A program made the position numbers and the translations under genes. 64,000 nt of DNA from contig JAWSUS010000007.1 in assembly GCA_033549025.1 (NCBI GenBank), positions 85,522 to 149,521 of the forward strand, read 5' to 3'. Below, piece by piece: positions 48,953-59,744 of this stretch. Every line of letters begins with the position of its first letter. Position 1 is the first letter of the stretch. The DNA is from Desulfuromonadales bacterium (GTDB lineage: Bacteria > Desulfobacterota > Desulfuromonadia > Desulfuromonadales > SZUA-540). The notes beneath the pieces are model-generated. The model did not search any database. It worked only from the letters and a program-made list of their open reading frames with translations, and was not told the origin of the DNA.

Positions 48953-49965
48953 CCCAGCATCTCCCGGCGGCCGGTACGGTAAAGCACGTCCAGCATGCTG
49001 GCGTCATCCTTGTCCAGCAAATTCCTGAGGTCGACGCGGCTGGAAAAAGAAGACAGCTTTGGCCATTCCCGACCCAGATCGAAAACCGCGTTGTCGTCTA
49101 GTTCGTGATTGAGCAGCGGCAGCAGGTAGGATGGGAGCAGTGGCCGGAAAAAGAGCGTCAGACTGGGCTCGCTCTCTACTGTTCCTTCACTCCAGAAGTA
49201 GTGAGCCCGCCAGAAGCGATCCTCGAGGATTGATTCGACCATTTGGACCCAAAAGACAACCGAAGCTGTTTGTTCCTGCGCGGGTAAGGGCAGGCGTATG
49301 CCCCAGTGGGTCCGGCTGGCCCCGCGCTGCAGGACGGTTTTCAAGACGTTGTAGAAAGTCTGCCAGAACTGTTCGCGATTCTCCTTGGCAATAGGTTGCC
49401 GCAGCCCGTTCCAGTAGTGTTCCATCGTCAGCTTGTCAAAGCCGCGTATCTGGCTTTCGAGCAGCTCGCGTTGTGTCAGGGCCGGGTTTTCAAAGTTTTT
49501 CTGGTCCAATTCGCCTAACAGTCTGGCCAGCGTGACATTCTCACGCTGCAGGTGCACCGGATGGTCGCCGTAGTCGAAGCAATGGTCGAAGACAAAAGGC
49601 GCTGTAGCCCGATGTCCGTGCAGTAGCGGCGCGGGGGCCACCCATAGCAGGGCAAAGGGATAGATACGTCCGCTCTTGTCCTGGCTGGCGCGCAGCGTAC
49701 CAATCAGGTTGTGCTCCTGTTCGCCCCCGGTCAGGACAAAATGAAGCCGGGCAAATTGACGGTATGCGGGCGGCCAGCCTTTTGGATGCAGGCGCGTGAT
49801 GGTGCCCACCCCTTCTTGCAGCCACTTTTCGAACGCGGTGGTCTCGCGGCAGCAGAGGTTGTGGCGAATGAAATCGCCGTGAAGGGGCAATTTGCCGAAG
49901 CAGGCCGTACGCAGCCGGGACGACGGGTTGATGTTTGCCCTCGTCTTTTCAAACAGTCCAAACAT
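48949..49965 (-). CDS. tagF: T6SS-associated TagF
   Basis: FGKLPLHGDFI, WLQEG, SQDKSGRIYPF. Confidence 0.85.
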   Translation of the reverse strand: MFGLFEKTRANINPSSRLRTACFGKLPLHGDFIRHNLCCRETTAFEKWLQEGVGTITRLHPKGWPPAYRQFARLHFVLTGGEQEHNLIGTLRASQDKSGRIYPFALLWVAPAPLLHGHRATAPFVFDHCFDYGDHPVHLQRENVTLARLLGELDQKNFENPALTQRELLESQIRGFDKLTMEHYWNGLRQPIAKENREQFWQTFYNVLKTVLQRGASRTHWGIRLPLPAQEQTASVVFWVQMVESILEDRFWRAHYFWSEGTVESEPSLTLFFRPLLPSYLLPLLNHELDDNAVFDLGREWPKLSSFSSRVDLRNLLDKDDASMLDVLYRTGRREMLG

Positions 49966-49977
49966 GGAGGAGCCCTG

Positions 49978-52900
49978 TCAAAAAATAGTGGCCGGCAGCC
50001 GGAAGTCTGAGAACAGGCCGCTGACGAAGATATTGCTGTCACGATCGGGGCGAAGTTTGAGCTGAACGGTCAGGGTGTGGCCCGGAGCCGATTCCAGATC
50101 CCAGGCCAGCATGTAGCCATCGGGGTCGTTGGTGATTCGCGCCTGTTTGAGCAGATGAAAGAGGCTCCAGTCGCCGGCGAAGTCGAGCTTGCCGAGCGCG
50201 CGATTGCCACTGGTTGTCCCGCCGACGACAGCAAGGGGCATCTGCTCATCGCCGGGCCACTTGAAGTGCCGCCATTCCTGAGGCTCGTTTTGGTAAATCA
50301 TCTGCTGTCCGCTGGCTTCAAAGCGCACCATGCGCAAGCCGCGGCTAGGAATGGGGTAGATGGAAAAATGTACGTCCGGATGGTTTTGCCCCTGCCGGAA
50401 GAGACCGGAACTGATCTGCGATGCCTGGGTCAGCGAGCGCAACAGAGAGGGGTTGAGTTTGACGCCGATCCCAAGCCAGGACTTTTCTTCCCACTGATGA
50501 CGTTTTTTCCGCAGAAAGGGTTTGAGCTGTTCGTCGGTGAAGCTCCAGATAATGCCGTTGTCTGGACGAAAGAAGTCGGAAACGTCGTTAAGTGAGGCGT
50601 CAGAGCCAGTGAGGCTGAAGGGAAACCGGTCGACAATCTTGCGTTTGTAATGAAGGAAAACCGTGCTGTTCCATTGGTTCTGCAGATAGTTCCGGGTTTG
50701 CTCAATGGTCATCAGCCAGGCCTGCTGAATCGGATTGGTAAGAACCTGCTCGGCCACCTTGCGGGTGCGGGCTTCAATGCCGTTGAGAAGACTTTTGGTG
50801 GAAAGCCAGCATTTGTACAACTCCGAATCGTTGGCGCCGCTGCCGCCCAGAATGCCGGCCGCATAGTGAAAACAGTCCTGCTGAACATCAATGGTGGCGG
50901 CCAACTGCTCAATTTCCGCTTGGGCCGAGGTCAGAGCCAGCAGGTATTGATTGATCAGCAGACTGGTGTTCATTTTATCGCCGGCATCTGCGAGTTTGCG
51001 CAGGTCATGCAGGGGCGCCTCCAGTTCCGGCACCAGGCTGCTTTCCCGGGAACCTGAGAAAGCCTGACTCTCTTTGCCTTCCGAAAGGTTGATATTCCTG
51101 GACACAACTTGCATGAGCTCGGCGATGGGCCCATCGTTGCGCGCAAGGAGCAGCATCTTCTTGCTGGCATCGTCCAGGGAACGGAAAGGATCCAGCCGGG
51201 TTCCTTCCAGCATTCTGAACCAATGTTCCGCATACTCAGTGAAATAGAGGCCTCGGATTTCCTGCTCTAGCTGGCGGGAAAGTTCTTCATTCACAAGGTT
51301 TGAATCGGTGCTGTCATCCGCTGTCTGCAGGTAGCCGGTCACCCAGTCGCCACGGCTCGCCAGGGCGACGAGATCCTGTATTTCTGCTCGAGTGAATTCG
51401 TGCCACCCCTTGGCGGTATACATAAAGGGGACCGCATGGGTGCTGCTGAGAAGACCACGCCCAGGCCCTTTAATCATCTCCTGCAGGCCGAGATCACGGG
51501 CCTGCAGTCTGCCCTTGTTGCGGATCTGCGCATACAGCCGTTTGGGATCCGGCAGGGCTTTCAGGTGGTTCTGAGCCTCGACCACCAGGGCCTGATCCAC
51601 CTGACGTGGCTCCACAAAGTCCGGATGATCCTGGGGAACCTGCATGTGTGAGAGGTAAGTTCGCAGCAGGACTTCGAGATCTCGATTGTTTTTTTCTTTA
51701 ACGGGTTCGTCGGCGCTGGATTCCGGCAGCGTTTTTTCCAGGCGCGACAGGAGGATTCTTGTCGCTTCATCAAGGTCAAGGCGGTCCGGACGGTTGAGCA
51801 TCAGGTAGGCTTTGAGTCCATCATAGTAATCGTCGCGAATGGCGTCCTGACGTTTGGCCGACGAGGCGAGCCACTGCTTGCCGTAGGTGGCCAGTTCGAT
51901 CTCGAGGTCGTCCAGGGCCGGCTGAAAGAACAGGCGTTCGAAGGACCCAAGCAAGAGGGAGCGGATTGCCGGAAGTTGCCTGTCCCCTTCATAGACGCCC
52001 ATTGTCAGAGAGAGGGGGAGTTTTTCCTCGTACGCCTTGAGTTTCTGATAGTGTCGCAACACCTCGGTCAGGGCAGAAAAACGCTCCGAGGGGGCAGACT
52101 GTTTCGCTTCGACCACATCGGCAAGACGTTTGGCGGCCTCGTCCCCTTTTTTCAGCAGCAGAGTGTTGGCGGTCAGGGTGGTGCTCAGCAACATGACACT
52201 GCCGGCAATCAGGCCGAGACAGCCGACGATACTGGCTGTTTTCAGGGTGCGGTGTATGATTCCCGATTTTTTGGTGCGGCTGACATCCTGGGCATTGGGA
52301 AAGACGACGGACTGAAAGAAGTTTTTGACAAAGAAGCTGGTGGGTTCGGCAAGTTCCGTGGCTTCTCTGTCTTCGACAAAGCCGAAAGCCTGGCGCATTT
52401 TTCCCAGGATTTTTTGAATGGGTGTTCCCTCCTGGGTGGCACTCGTCAGATAGATGCCGCAGAAGTTGGGCGTATCCTGGTAGGGATTTTCCTTGGTCAG
52501 ACGGGTGATGAAATCGACCAGCCGGTTTTGGGCGGCCTCGAATTGACCGGGAAAATCGAAGAGCTCGTTTTTGGCTTGAATTTTCCGCACGAGAGACAGC
52601 TTGTACAGGCGCATTTCGGTCAAGCGGCGGTGCAATTCCCCCATTTTGGTGCGGAAGAGGTCGCCAATGTTCTGGGGTGCCTCGTGGCCCAGCCAACAGC
52701 CCCAGACCTGGTCCCGCTCTTTGTCATCGAGATCGGCGAAATAGGAGGTGAAGCCATGCAGGAGGTCGCATTTGGTAAATACGACATAAATGGGAAAAAC
52801 GCAGCCAAGGCGGGAGGTCAGTTCATCAATGCGATCCCGGATGATTTTGACATGCCGCTCGATTTCCTGGTCGTCGGCAGTGAGCAAATCGGCCAGACTG

Positions 52901-53550
52901 ATCGCCACAATGGCGCCGTTAAGCGGTTGGCGGCGACGGTGCTTGCGCAGCAGCGCCAAAAAGGCCAGCCATTCCGGGCGATCGTCCTGCTCGGTGGTGT
53001 AGCGTCCCGCCGTATCCAGCAGGACGGCGTCGTTGGAAAACCACCAGTCGCAGTTGCGTGTGCCCCCGAAACCGCGAATATCGATATCGTTGTCGTGAGC
53101 ATAAGGGAAGTGGAGCCCCGAGTTACGAAGCAGCGAGGTTTTACCAGCGGCTGCCGGGCCGATGATCATAAACCAGGGCAGAGCGTACAGCGCGGCGTTG
53201 CCGCGGTGTTGTGAACCCAGTTCTGACGATTTGAGAGAGGCGATGGCCTGGTTCATCTTGCCGCGCAGCTCTTCTATCTCGGCCTGTCGGGACTGGTCCT
53301 GTTCGATGTGCGCATCGAGGTCTTTGCGAAACAGGTTGGAGCGATTCTTCACGACCATGCGACGGATCAGCCAGACGCCGACGAAAAAGACCAGAACACC
53401 AATGATCAGGTAGGCTCGGAGGGTCGTCTCCGTCAGGCCGACATAGGGGCCGGCCCACCATATCAGTGAGAGAATCAGCATGAGACCCAGGATGCGGGAG
53501 CCGAGGCGGCCGAAAAGATACGCCTGAATGATGAGCAATATGTTTTGCAT
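49978..53550 (-). CDS. tssM: T6SS membrane subunit TssM
   Basis: LPWFMIIGPAAAGKTSLL, CDWWFS, DTAGRY, TKCDLL.GF, FPF, DFF. Confidence 0.93.
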   Translation of the reverse strand: MQNILLIIQAYLFGRLGSRILGLMLILSLIWWAGPYVGLTETTLRAYLIIGVLVFFVGVWLIRRMVVKNRSNLFRKDLDAHIEQDQSRQAEIEELRGKMNQAIASLKSSELGSQHRGNAALYALPWFMIIGPAAAGKTSLLRNSGLHFPYAHDNDIDIRGFGGTRNCDWWFSNDAVLLDTAGRYTTEQDDRPEWLAFLALLRKHRRRQPLNGAIVAISLADLLTADDQEIERHVKIIRDRIDELTSRLGCVFPIYVVFTKCDLLHGFTSYFADLDDKERDQVWGCWLGHEAPQNIGDLFRTKMGELHRRLTEMRLYKLSLVRKIQAKNELFDFPGQFEAAQNRLVDFITRLTKENPYQDTPNFCGIYLTSATQEGTPIQKILGKMRQAFGFVEDREATELAEPTSFFVKNFFQSVVFPNAQDVSRTKKSGIIHRTLKTASIVGCLGLIAGSVMLLSTTLTANTLLLKKGDEAAKRLADVVEAKQSAPSERFSALTEVLRHYQKLKAYEEKLPLSLTMGVYEGDRQLPAIRSLLLGSFERLFFQPALDDLEIELATYGKQWLASSAKRQDAIRDDYYDGLKAYLMLNRPDRLDLDEATRILLSRLEKTLPESSADEPVKEKNNRDLEVLLRTYLSHMQVPQDHPDFVEPRQVDQALVVEAQNHLKALPDPKRLYAQIRNKGRLQARDLGLQEMIKGPGRGLLSSTHAVPFMYTAKGWHEFTRAEIQDLVALASRGDWVTGYLQTADDSTDSNLVNEELSRQLEQEIRGLYFTEYAEHWFRMLEGTRLDPFRSLDDASKKMLLLARNDGPIAELMQVVSRNINLSEGKESQAFSGSRESSLVPELEAPLHDLRKLADAGDKMNTSLLINQYLLALTSAQAEIEQLAATIDVQQDCFHYAAGILGGSGANDSELYKCWLSTKSLLNGIEARTRKVAEQVLTNPIQQAWLMTIEQTRNYLQNQWNSTVFLHYKRKIVDRFPFSLTGSDASLNDVSDFFRPDNGIIWSFTDEQLKPFLRKKRHQWEEKSWLGIGVKLNPSLLRSLTQASQISSGLFRQGQNHPDVHFSIYPIPSRGLRMVRFEASGQQMIYQNEPQEWRHFKWPGDEQMPLAVVGGTTSGNRALGKLDFAGDWSLFHLLKQARITNDPDGYMLAWDLESAPGHTLTVQLKLRPDRDSNIFVSGLFSDFRLPATIF

Positions 53551-53579
53551 GGAATTGTCCTGAAATGTTGATGAAGGGG

Positions 53580-54305
53580 CTAATAGAGGGCGGAAGAGCG
53601 TTTAAAAACGGATTTCTGCTGTTGTTGGATATGGTCGACGCTGGCCTGGGCCATGTTGCCGGATACCAGGGAGTAGCCGATGTAAGTAAAAAAAATGACG
53701 GAAATGGTCACTACAGCGATAACCCAGTAAGGAACCTGTCTTCGCATCCTGTTGATCAGGGCGTGTCCGGGAAGGCCGACCGGAGCCAGCTGGCGTGGCG
53801 GCTGACCCCGGTACCCATCGATCTGGCTGCGCAGGTCCACCTGTAGGGCCATCAGCTTCTCAAGGCCTTTGACTTTATAGGCGCCTTCGAAGCCAAGCTG
53901 CAGACAGTAGTAATAAAGTTCCAGCAGATGAAGATTCTCCTCCCCGCCCTGACGCAGGTTGCTCAGGCGCGTAAAGAACCCTTCGCCTGCCGTATGTTCC
54001 CCAAAAAAATCGAGCTGAAGAGGTTTGGCCATCCACTCCAGACGGCCCGGCCAGGTTGAGCTCAAGACCATTTCATCGATGAAAGCGGCCATGGCGTAAC
54101 GGGCATCTTTCTGCTCCACCATGCCGATCTGCAGGTCAAAGGCCTTTTTCTCCAGGGCGGTAAACTCCGCCAGAATGCGTTCACGAAAGCTGTCATCCAG
54201 AGTGGCGGCTTTCTGGTCATTTTTCAGGGGCGCCACCAGGGAAAACAGGATTTCACAGCATTGAAGAAGGGGGTTGTGGGGCGCGGTTCGGGATTGCGTT
54301 TGCAT
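53580..54305 (-). CDS. tssL: T6SS TssL/DotU
   Basis: YAMAAFIDE, PLQL, AGEGFF, CLQLGFEG, C-terminal TM. Confidence 0.9.
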   Translation of the reverse strand: MQTQSRTAPHNPLLQCCEILFSLVAPLKNDQKAATLDDSFRERILAEFTALEKKAFDLQIGMVEQKDARYAMAAFIDEMVLSSTWPGRLEWMAKPLQLDFFGEHTAGEGFFTRLSNLRQGGEENLHLLELYYYCLQLGFEGAYKVKGLEKLMALQVDLRSQIDGYRGQPPRQLAPVGLPGHALINRMRRQVPYWVIAVVTISVIFFTYIGYSLVSGNMAQASVDHIQQQQKSVFKRSSALY

Positions 54306-54310
54306 GTCAG

Positions 54311-55639
54311 TTATTCCTCAACCGTTACGAGTTTGACATCTGCCGTGCTGAACAGGTGGGGCAGATAGATCGCCAGGGTGCCCTCGGCTTTAATCTGGGC
54401 CCAAAAGTCACCCCGGGCTTCGAGCCGAAAATATTCATAGCCGCTGCGGGTGGACAGCTTTGCCGGCGGCCGCTGGGTGTGAATGAGTCGTACCCCGGGC
54501 AGGGCCGTGGCCACCACGGTTTCGATGACGCTGCGAGGCGTCACCTTGACCTGGCGGGCGAAGTCGGTAATCCAATTGGGGTCATCCGACTCGAAGAGCG
54601 CCTCCAGAAAGAAGGTGTGCTGACTGAAGACCGCTTCGGGAATTTCACGGCAACACAGAAGGCTGCTGCTTTCCCTTTCAAGGTCGAGCGACGACGGTTT
54701 GCTGGTGTTTTTGATCTCCAGCAGACTCGTGAGAATACCCTCAAGTCGTTGGAATATTTGAGTCAGTTCTTCCTGGTTGTAAGGCGGGATGAAGTCGATG
54801 GTCAGTTCGCTGTGCTGGGTGCAAAACGCCCCGAGGCTCTGGCACAGAACCCGGTACAGCTGTTCTGGGTGCAGGTCGGGGTTTTGGTGCAGATGTCGCA
54901 GCTGCGGGATCGCCATGTTGAGGTTGCGCAGCAGATTGTCGCTGCCGGGGTCGGCTTTGGCGAATTGGGCCGAGCCGCCGTCGCAGCCCGCCCGAGTCTG
55001 CTCAATCTGTTTCCGTTTGGCGTTCAGGGTGTCAACCATGCGGCCAAGGCGCTGCAGCAGTACCGGCGAGGCGGCTATCCGGCAGACGGGGGGAATGAAC
55101 CCTTCCGTCAGTCGGTAGTGATGGTCGCCGTCGTGGATGACTTCGGCGATTTTAAGGCGCAGAAAGGGCAGCGTGGCCTGTTCGCCGGATAGCAGATGCA
55201 GATTGGGTTTGGCCAGCAGAATCTCCCGCTTGCGGCTGGCATCGAAACTGTCCTCCAGGTCGCGATAGTCCGCCAGCCAGCCACTGGCCTGGTTGCGTTG
55301 TGGATAGCCGGAGATTCCGGCGACGTGCTGGTTGGAGGGAACCGCCAGATAAATGGCCAGAGGTTCGCCGGCCGGCGCTTTCAGCTCACAGGAGAGCGGC
55401 TCATCCACCGAAGAGTGATATTCGGCCAGCCGTCCATCCTGAAAAAGTATTCTGGCCTCAAGCAGTTGAAAACGCCTCAGGCTCAATGCTTCCTGGTCCG
55501 TCGCCAGGGAGATGAGCCCCCAGCAGAAGGGGTTCAAAAGGGACTGCAGCATATGTTGCGCCCGTTCCCGCTGGCTATCCCATGCCTGAAAGTGCTGTTG
55601 GCTTAAAAAGAGGCCTTCGGCCCAAACGACTTTATTCAT
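54311..55639 (-). CDS. tssK: T6SS TssK
   Basis: KVVWAEGLFLSQQHFQ, FIPP, HPEQLY, ALPGV. Confidence 0.92.
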   Translation of the reverse strand: MNKVVWAEGLFLSQQHFQAWDSQRERAQHMLQSLLNPFCWGLISLATDQEALSLRRFQLLEARILFQDGRLAEYHSSVDEPLSCELKAPAGEPLAIYLAVPSNQHVAGISGYPQRNQASGWLADYRDLEDSFDASRKREILLAKPNLHLLSGEQATLPFLRLKIAEVIHDGDHHYRLTEGFIPPVCRIAASPVLLQRLGRMVDTLNAKRKQIEQTRAGCDGGSAQFAKADPGSDNLLRNLNMAIPQLRHLHQNPDLHPEQLYRVLCQSLGAFCTQHSELTIDFIPPYNQEELTQIFQRLEGILTSLLEIKNTSKPSSLDLERESSSLLCCREIPEAVFSQHTFFLEALFESDDPNWITDFARQVKVTPRSVIETVVATALPGVRLIHTQRPPAKLSTRSGYEYFRLEARGDFWAQIKAEGTLAIYLPHLFSTADVKLVTVEE

Positions 55640-55702
55640 ACAGCGCTTCCATGGCCGGCCCGGCTTTGTCTTTTGAAATCATCTTCCGTTGCATGGGTGC
55701 CC

Positions 55703-56170
55703 TCAGTTCACAAGGCGAAGACTGTTGTCTTGTAGCAAGGCTTCAAGATTGGTGGAAAGATCGATCCACAGAAAAGAACGGTCGGCCCGTTTGATGGCCC
55801 GCCAATTATTGTCCGCCTGATTGTGAAAGGCGGCCATGACGCCGACGAATTGGGCCTCGTCATGGCGTTCAATTTCCAGTTTCTGTTGGGAGGCCGGATC
55901 CAGGGTCATGATTTCTTTACGCAGCAGTTGGTTGCCCAAAACAGAAGTTTCCGATTTCCACAACTCGTCAAACGTGGCGCTTTCAAACGCTTTGTTATCG
56001 CGAAGCTGGTAGATGCGTACCACGACCGGCAACGCCTCTTTGTGCTCGTTCATGTTGAGGGTAGCCGTGGAGGACAGGCTGACTTTCACCTTGGGGGCGG
56101 AACAGCCGCCCAGCAAGCAGGCGGTCAGTACAGCGAGAAGAAAGATGATCATGGAATGATTTTTGTTCAT
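55703..56170 (-). CDS. tssJ: T6SS lipoprotein TssJ
   Basis: LGGC lipobox, PVVVRIYQL, FVGVMAAF. Confidence 0.88.
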   Translation of the reverse strand: MNKNHSMIIFLLAVLTACLLGGCSAPKVKVSLSSTATLNMNEHKEALPVVVRIYQLRDNKAFESATFDELWKSETSVLGNQLLRKEIMTLDPASQQKLEIERHDEAQFVGVMAAFHNQADNNWRAIKRADRSFLWIDLSTNLEALLQDNSLRLVN

Positions 56171-56193
56171 GGCGGCTCCTTGAAGGCAGATAG

Positions 56194-56733
56194 CTATTGG
56201 ACCGGAAGAGGGTTGGCGAGTCGATTCCGGTACGCGATGTATTCTTTAACGAAACCACTGACGATCAGTTCCTGGTGGCGAAGATAGTCGTTTTCGCGGT
56301 AGTTGCGGTGCAGGCGGCGGTAGCTCAACCAGGCGAAGGGGCGCCAGCCGAAGAGACTGAAGGTGCGGGAACGGATGCTGGCGGGAGACAGCTTCTCAAG
56401 CGATTCCTTTGCTACGCCGTCGAGGGCCCCATGCAGCGCCAGCTGATGGGCAATCAGGTCGTGCAGGACCCCTGAGAGATTCTTTTGCCCTTCCTCCTTG
56501 TCGGTCAGCCAGCCCAGCAGTATCTGCTCAAATTCAGCTTGCCCAAGAGAGGCGGCCTCATGGCTGAAGACGCGGCTGTGAGGCAGGCCGAATTCGACGG
56601 AGAAGCGCCGCTGTCCTTCGATTAATCTGGCCAGTCCGCCACAGACCGTCAGAAGGGCGCTTTCAGCCGATGACTTCACCTCGACGGGCCGATTTGAGGT
56701 TTTATGGCGACCAGAAATGGCACGGTTCAACAT
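56194..56733 (-). CDS. TagH C-terminal-like protein lacking an FHA domain
   Basis: DLIAHQLAL..AL...L..LSP and W..Y.....F...Y pattern; only 179 aa. Confidence 0.55.
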   Translation of the reverse strand: MLNRAISGRHKTSNRPVEVKSSAESALLTVCGGLARLIEGQRRFSVEFGLPHSRVFSHEAASLGQAEFEQILLGWLTDKEEGQKNLSGVLHDLIAHQLALHGALDGVAKESLEKLSPASIRSRTFSLFGWRPFAWLSYRRLHRNYRENDYLRHQELIVSGFVKEYIAYRNRLANPLPVQ

Positions 56734-57053
56734 GGCAGTTCGTCCTTAATGTTGGCCGAGTATTTTGCCTCGACCACTGCTGGCTTGCAGTGTTGTCTCT
56801 TAATATTAAAATACCTAAATTTGCGAGCTTTTTTATTACATCATGAAGCGACGGATAAAAACCTTGTGATTACAATTGGTTGCCATGGCTTAAAAATTAG
56901 AGAAAGCTTAAATACCTTCTTTCGAATATTGTGTCAAGCATATAAAATAAAAATTGATTAATTTAATAGAATGAATTATAAGACGCCTTTAAATTTTATT
57001 GCCCTGCCAAGGCCCGGCTTTAGCCGCACCAGGGAGGCAGGAAGGAGGGGTTC

Positions 57054-59744
57054 ATGGAGGCGATGGCACACCAGTCGCGATTGCTGGTCCGGGTTGGCTC
57101 GAAGATGTTCCCGGTAGTGGCGCTGGTCGGAAAAGAGACGTTCAGCGAACCTTTCATGTTTCGCCTGACCGTTGTGTTTGCGCAAGAAGAGCGTCTGGCG
57201 TCCCTGTTGGGTGATTCGGCGGAGCTGATGATGAAATCGACAGACGGGTATGAGCGCCGCGTCAATGGGGTGGTCAGCGCCGCCAAACAGACAGCGGCTT
57301 CAGAAGACGGGCAGAGTATAGGTGAATTGACGCTTGCGTCCCGATTGGCGAGTCTGCAACGGCGCACCGATTGCCGCTTGATTGTGGACCTCACCCTGCC
57401 GGAGATTGTCGAGCAGACCCTGTGCCGACATGGAATCCCTCAAAGCAGTCTCCACACCCATTGGAGTCGAAACTATCCTGTCCGTTCCGCCACCTTGCAG
57501 GCGCAAGAGAGTGATTTCGACTTTTTAACCCGCCTTTGCAGTCAGCAGGGGATCTTTTTCTGGAGTGAGTCCGTCGAAAGCGATGAGTTGATTCACCTGG
57601 CAGACCATGACCAGGATTTCAGCTTCCTTTCCCGTCCTCCCCTGCGTTACCGGCAGACGGCGACCCCGGTGACTGATGGTCACGCGGCGCCCAGCGATGC
57701 CATTGTCTCCCTGAGCCTCAGCGCCAGTCTGACGCCGGAGCGCTTTATCGTTCATGATGTCTGCGAGAATCAGCCGGGTGAGTCCCTGGAAGGGCAGAGC
57801 CTGGCGCAAGTGGCCGAGCGAACGGGCCAAAAAACAGTGGATGTCCGTTTCGGGGTTGGAGCCCTTCATGTGGAGGAGGCGGAGCATGCTGCGCTGGTGC
57901 GGTCTCAGCAAGCGGCTCGGCAGGCGATAGAGCTGCGATTAAGCAGTCATGCCGCCGATCTGCAAATCGGTTGTCTGGTGCATATCGAGGCCGATGAATA
58001 CGGGGCTGGTATCAGCGGCGACTACCTCATCACCGCCATCGAACATCAGGCCAGTCAGGCCGCCGGGCTGGGGCTTGGCGGTGAAAAGGACTGTCCCTAC
58101 ACCAACACCGTAACACTTATTCCGCGGGGAACGCCTTGGCGAAGTGCCTGGCACGGTCACTGTCGCCTGCCCATGACCTTTTCCGCCCGCATCGAAAGCC
58201 GCCAGGAAACACCCCTGCTCGATGAATCCGGACGCTATCGTTATCGCCAGGTGGCCAGCAGCGAAGTAGGGTCCCCTGGTGAACACTCCGCCTTTGTGCG
58301 GCGCCTGCAGCCCTATGTCAGCGGAGGAAGAAATGAGGCAGCCGGCTGGCACACGCCTCTGCATGACCAGGCTGAAGTATTGGTGAGTTGCCTCAACAAT
58401 GATCCAGACCGCCCCATGATTGTGGGTAGCTTGCCCAATCCGGATACCCCCTCCTTGGTCAACGGCGAAGAGCCATGGCTCAATCGACTGGTGACTGCCG
58501 CAGACAACGAACTCTGCTTCAGCGATCGCCGTGACGCCAGTGCCATTACCCTGCGCACCTTCGCGGGCCAAAATATCCTCCATCTCGATGCCGCTCTGGC
58601 CGAACACCGCCTCCGCCTGGCCAGTGAACAAGGGTTGGTTACGTTCTATGCCAATAAAACCCAACACATCCACAGTGGGGACACTTTCACAGAGAAGGTC
58701 GGACAAGACCGCGTACAGACCGCAGAAAGTAGTCATGCGACCAGAACGAAAAACGGCAAGATTCATTATCAGTCGGCCCGGGATGCACACTTGCAGGCAG
58801 CCGCCGGCATCCAGCTGCAGGCAGGCAGCCATATAGAAGCCCGCTGCCGGGAAGATCTGTGTCTCGACATTGAGCAAAGCACTCACGTAAACGTCCAGCA
58901 CGGCAACGCCGTCATCCGCGTGGACAGCGGCACTCTCACCATACAGGCCGGTCAGGCCATCGACATCAAAGGCGACGGCGGCGGCCCCATCACCATCGGC
59001 CAGAACGGCGGTGGGTTTGAAATGGCCCCCAACGGCGATGTCACCCTGTTTGGCAAGGCGGTGACTTTTGCCTGTCTGGGCGGCGTCCGGCTCAACGGTA
59101 GCATTCATATGGATGTGGCCAGCCCGCCAACCCTAGTGTTGCCCACGGCAAGAAAGCCAGGAAATGTCCGAGAAATTCAGCGATTACTTGCCTTGGAGAG
59201 TGCAAAAATTTTCAATCTGGCATGGAGTCAGGCTCGGGTTACCGTGGGGGAGGAGGTAGGGGCCTGTTTCGCTGTGAGGAATTTCGAAGGCGGTGAAAAA
59301 ATCGAGGTAACTGTATTCGAAGCAAAACCTGGGGGTGAGTGGCAGGAGGTTGACCGTCTGTTTGGGACGCTGCCTGATGGCTCAGGACATTGCCAGCTTC
59401 TTTGGCAACGTGAGGAAAAAGAGGTGGCGCAGGATCTCATCATGGACGAAGTGGCGGGTGATCAGCGTCCCCTGATATACGCATTTAAGGTAGCTATTAA
59501 CGACGTCATGTCAGAGATGTCACCGCAATTGAATCTGTGTGCAGATATCCAGTTTTCAGTCGAGGATGAAAGTGGCCATTCTCTGGAAGACGGTGCCGAA
59601 GTCCGCCTTACGGATGCTGAAGGCCAACAGCACTTTTCACAGGTAAAAAAGGGAATAGCTCTGTTTGAACGCGTTCTTCTTGGTCCTTGGCAGGTTCATC
59701 TGGACACCGACAACCTGATCATCGCACGAGGAGGTCAGCCATGA
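57054..59744 (+). CDS. vgrG: Second, divergent VgrG with C-terminal extension
   Basis: QESDFDFLTRL, LDESGRYR, GWHTPL, DPDRP, beta-helix, then ~200 aa beta-rich extension. Confidence 0.88.
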   Translation: MEAMAHQSRLLVRVGSKMFPVVALVGKETFSEPFMFRLTVVFAQEERLASLLGDSAELMMKSTDGYERRVNGVVSAAKQTAASEDGQSIGELTLASRLASLQRRTDCRLIVDLTLPEIVEQTLCRHGIPQSSLHTHWSRNYPVRSATLQAQESDFDFLTRLCSQQGIFFWSESVESDELIHLADHDQDFSFLSRPPLRYRQTATPVTDGHAAPSDAIVSLSLSASLTPERFIVHDVCENQPGESLEGQSLAQVAERTGQKTVDVRFGVGALHVEEAEHAALVRSQQAARQAIELRLSSHAADLQIGCLVHIEADEYGAGISGDYLITAIEHQASQAAGLGLGGEKDCPYTNTVTLIPRGTPWRSAWHGHCRLPMTFSARIESRQETPLLDESGRYRYRQVASSEVGSPGEHSAFVRRLQPYVSGGRNEAAGWHTPLHDQAEVLVSCLNNDPDRPMIVGSLPNPDTPSLVNGEEPWLNRLVTAADNELCFSDRRDASAITLRTFAGQNILHLDAALAEHRLRLASEQGLVTFYANKTQHIHSGDTFTEKVGQDRVQTAESSHATRTKNGKIHYQSARDAHLQAAAGIQLQAGSHIEARCREDLCLDIEQSTHVNVQHGNAVIRVDSGTLTIQAGQAIDIKGDGGGPITIGQNGGGFEMAPNGDVTLFGKAVTFACLGGVRLNGSIHMDVASPPTLVLPTARKPGNVREIQRLLALESAKIFNLAWSQARVTVGEEVGACFAVRNFEGGEKIEVTVFEAKPGGEWQEVDRLFGTLPDGSGHCQLLWQREEKEVAQDLIMDEVAGDQRPLIYAFKVAINDVMSEMSPQLNLCADIQFSVEDESGHSLEDGAEVRLTDAEGQQHFSQVKKGIALFERVLLGPWQVHLDTDNLIIARGGQP

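Noticed and set aside
56734..57053. Sigma54 promoter for the T6SS in the AT-rich divergent intergenic region
   Set aside because: The TGGCA-containing candidates lack correct GG-N10-GC spacing; no promoter could be called with confidence.
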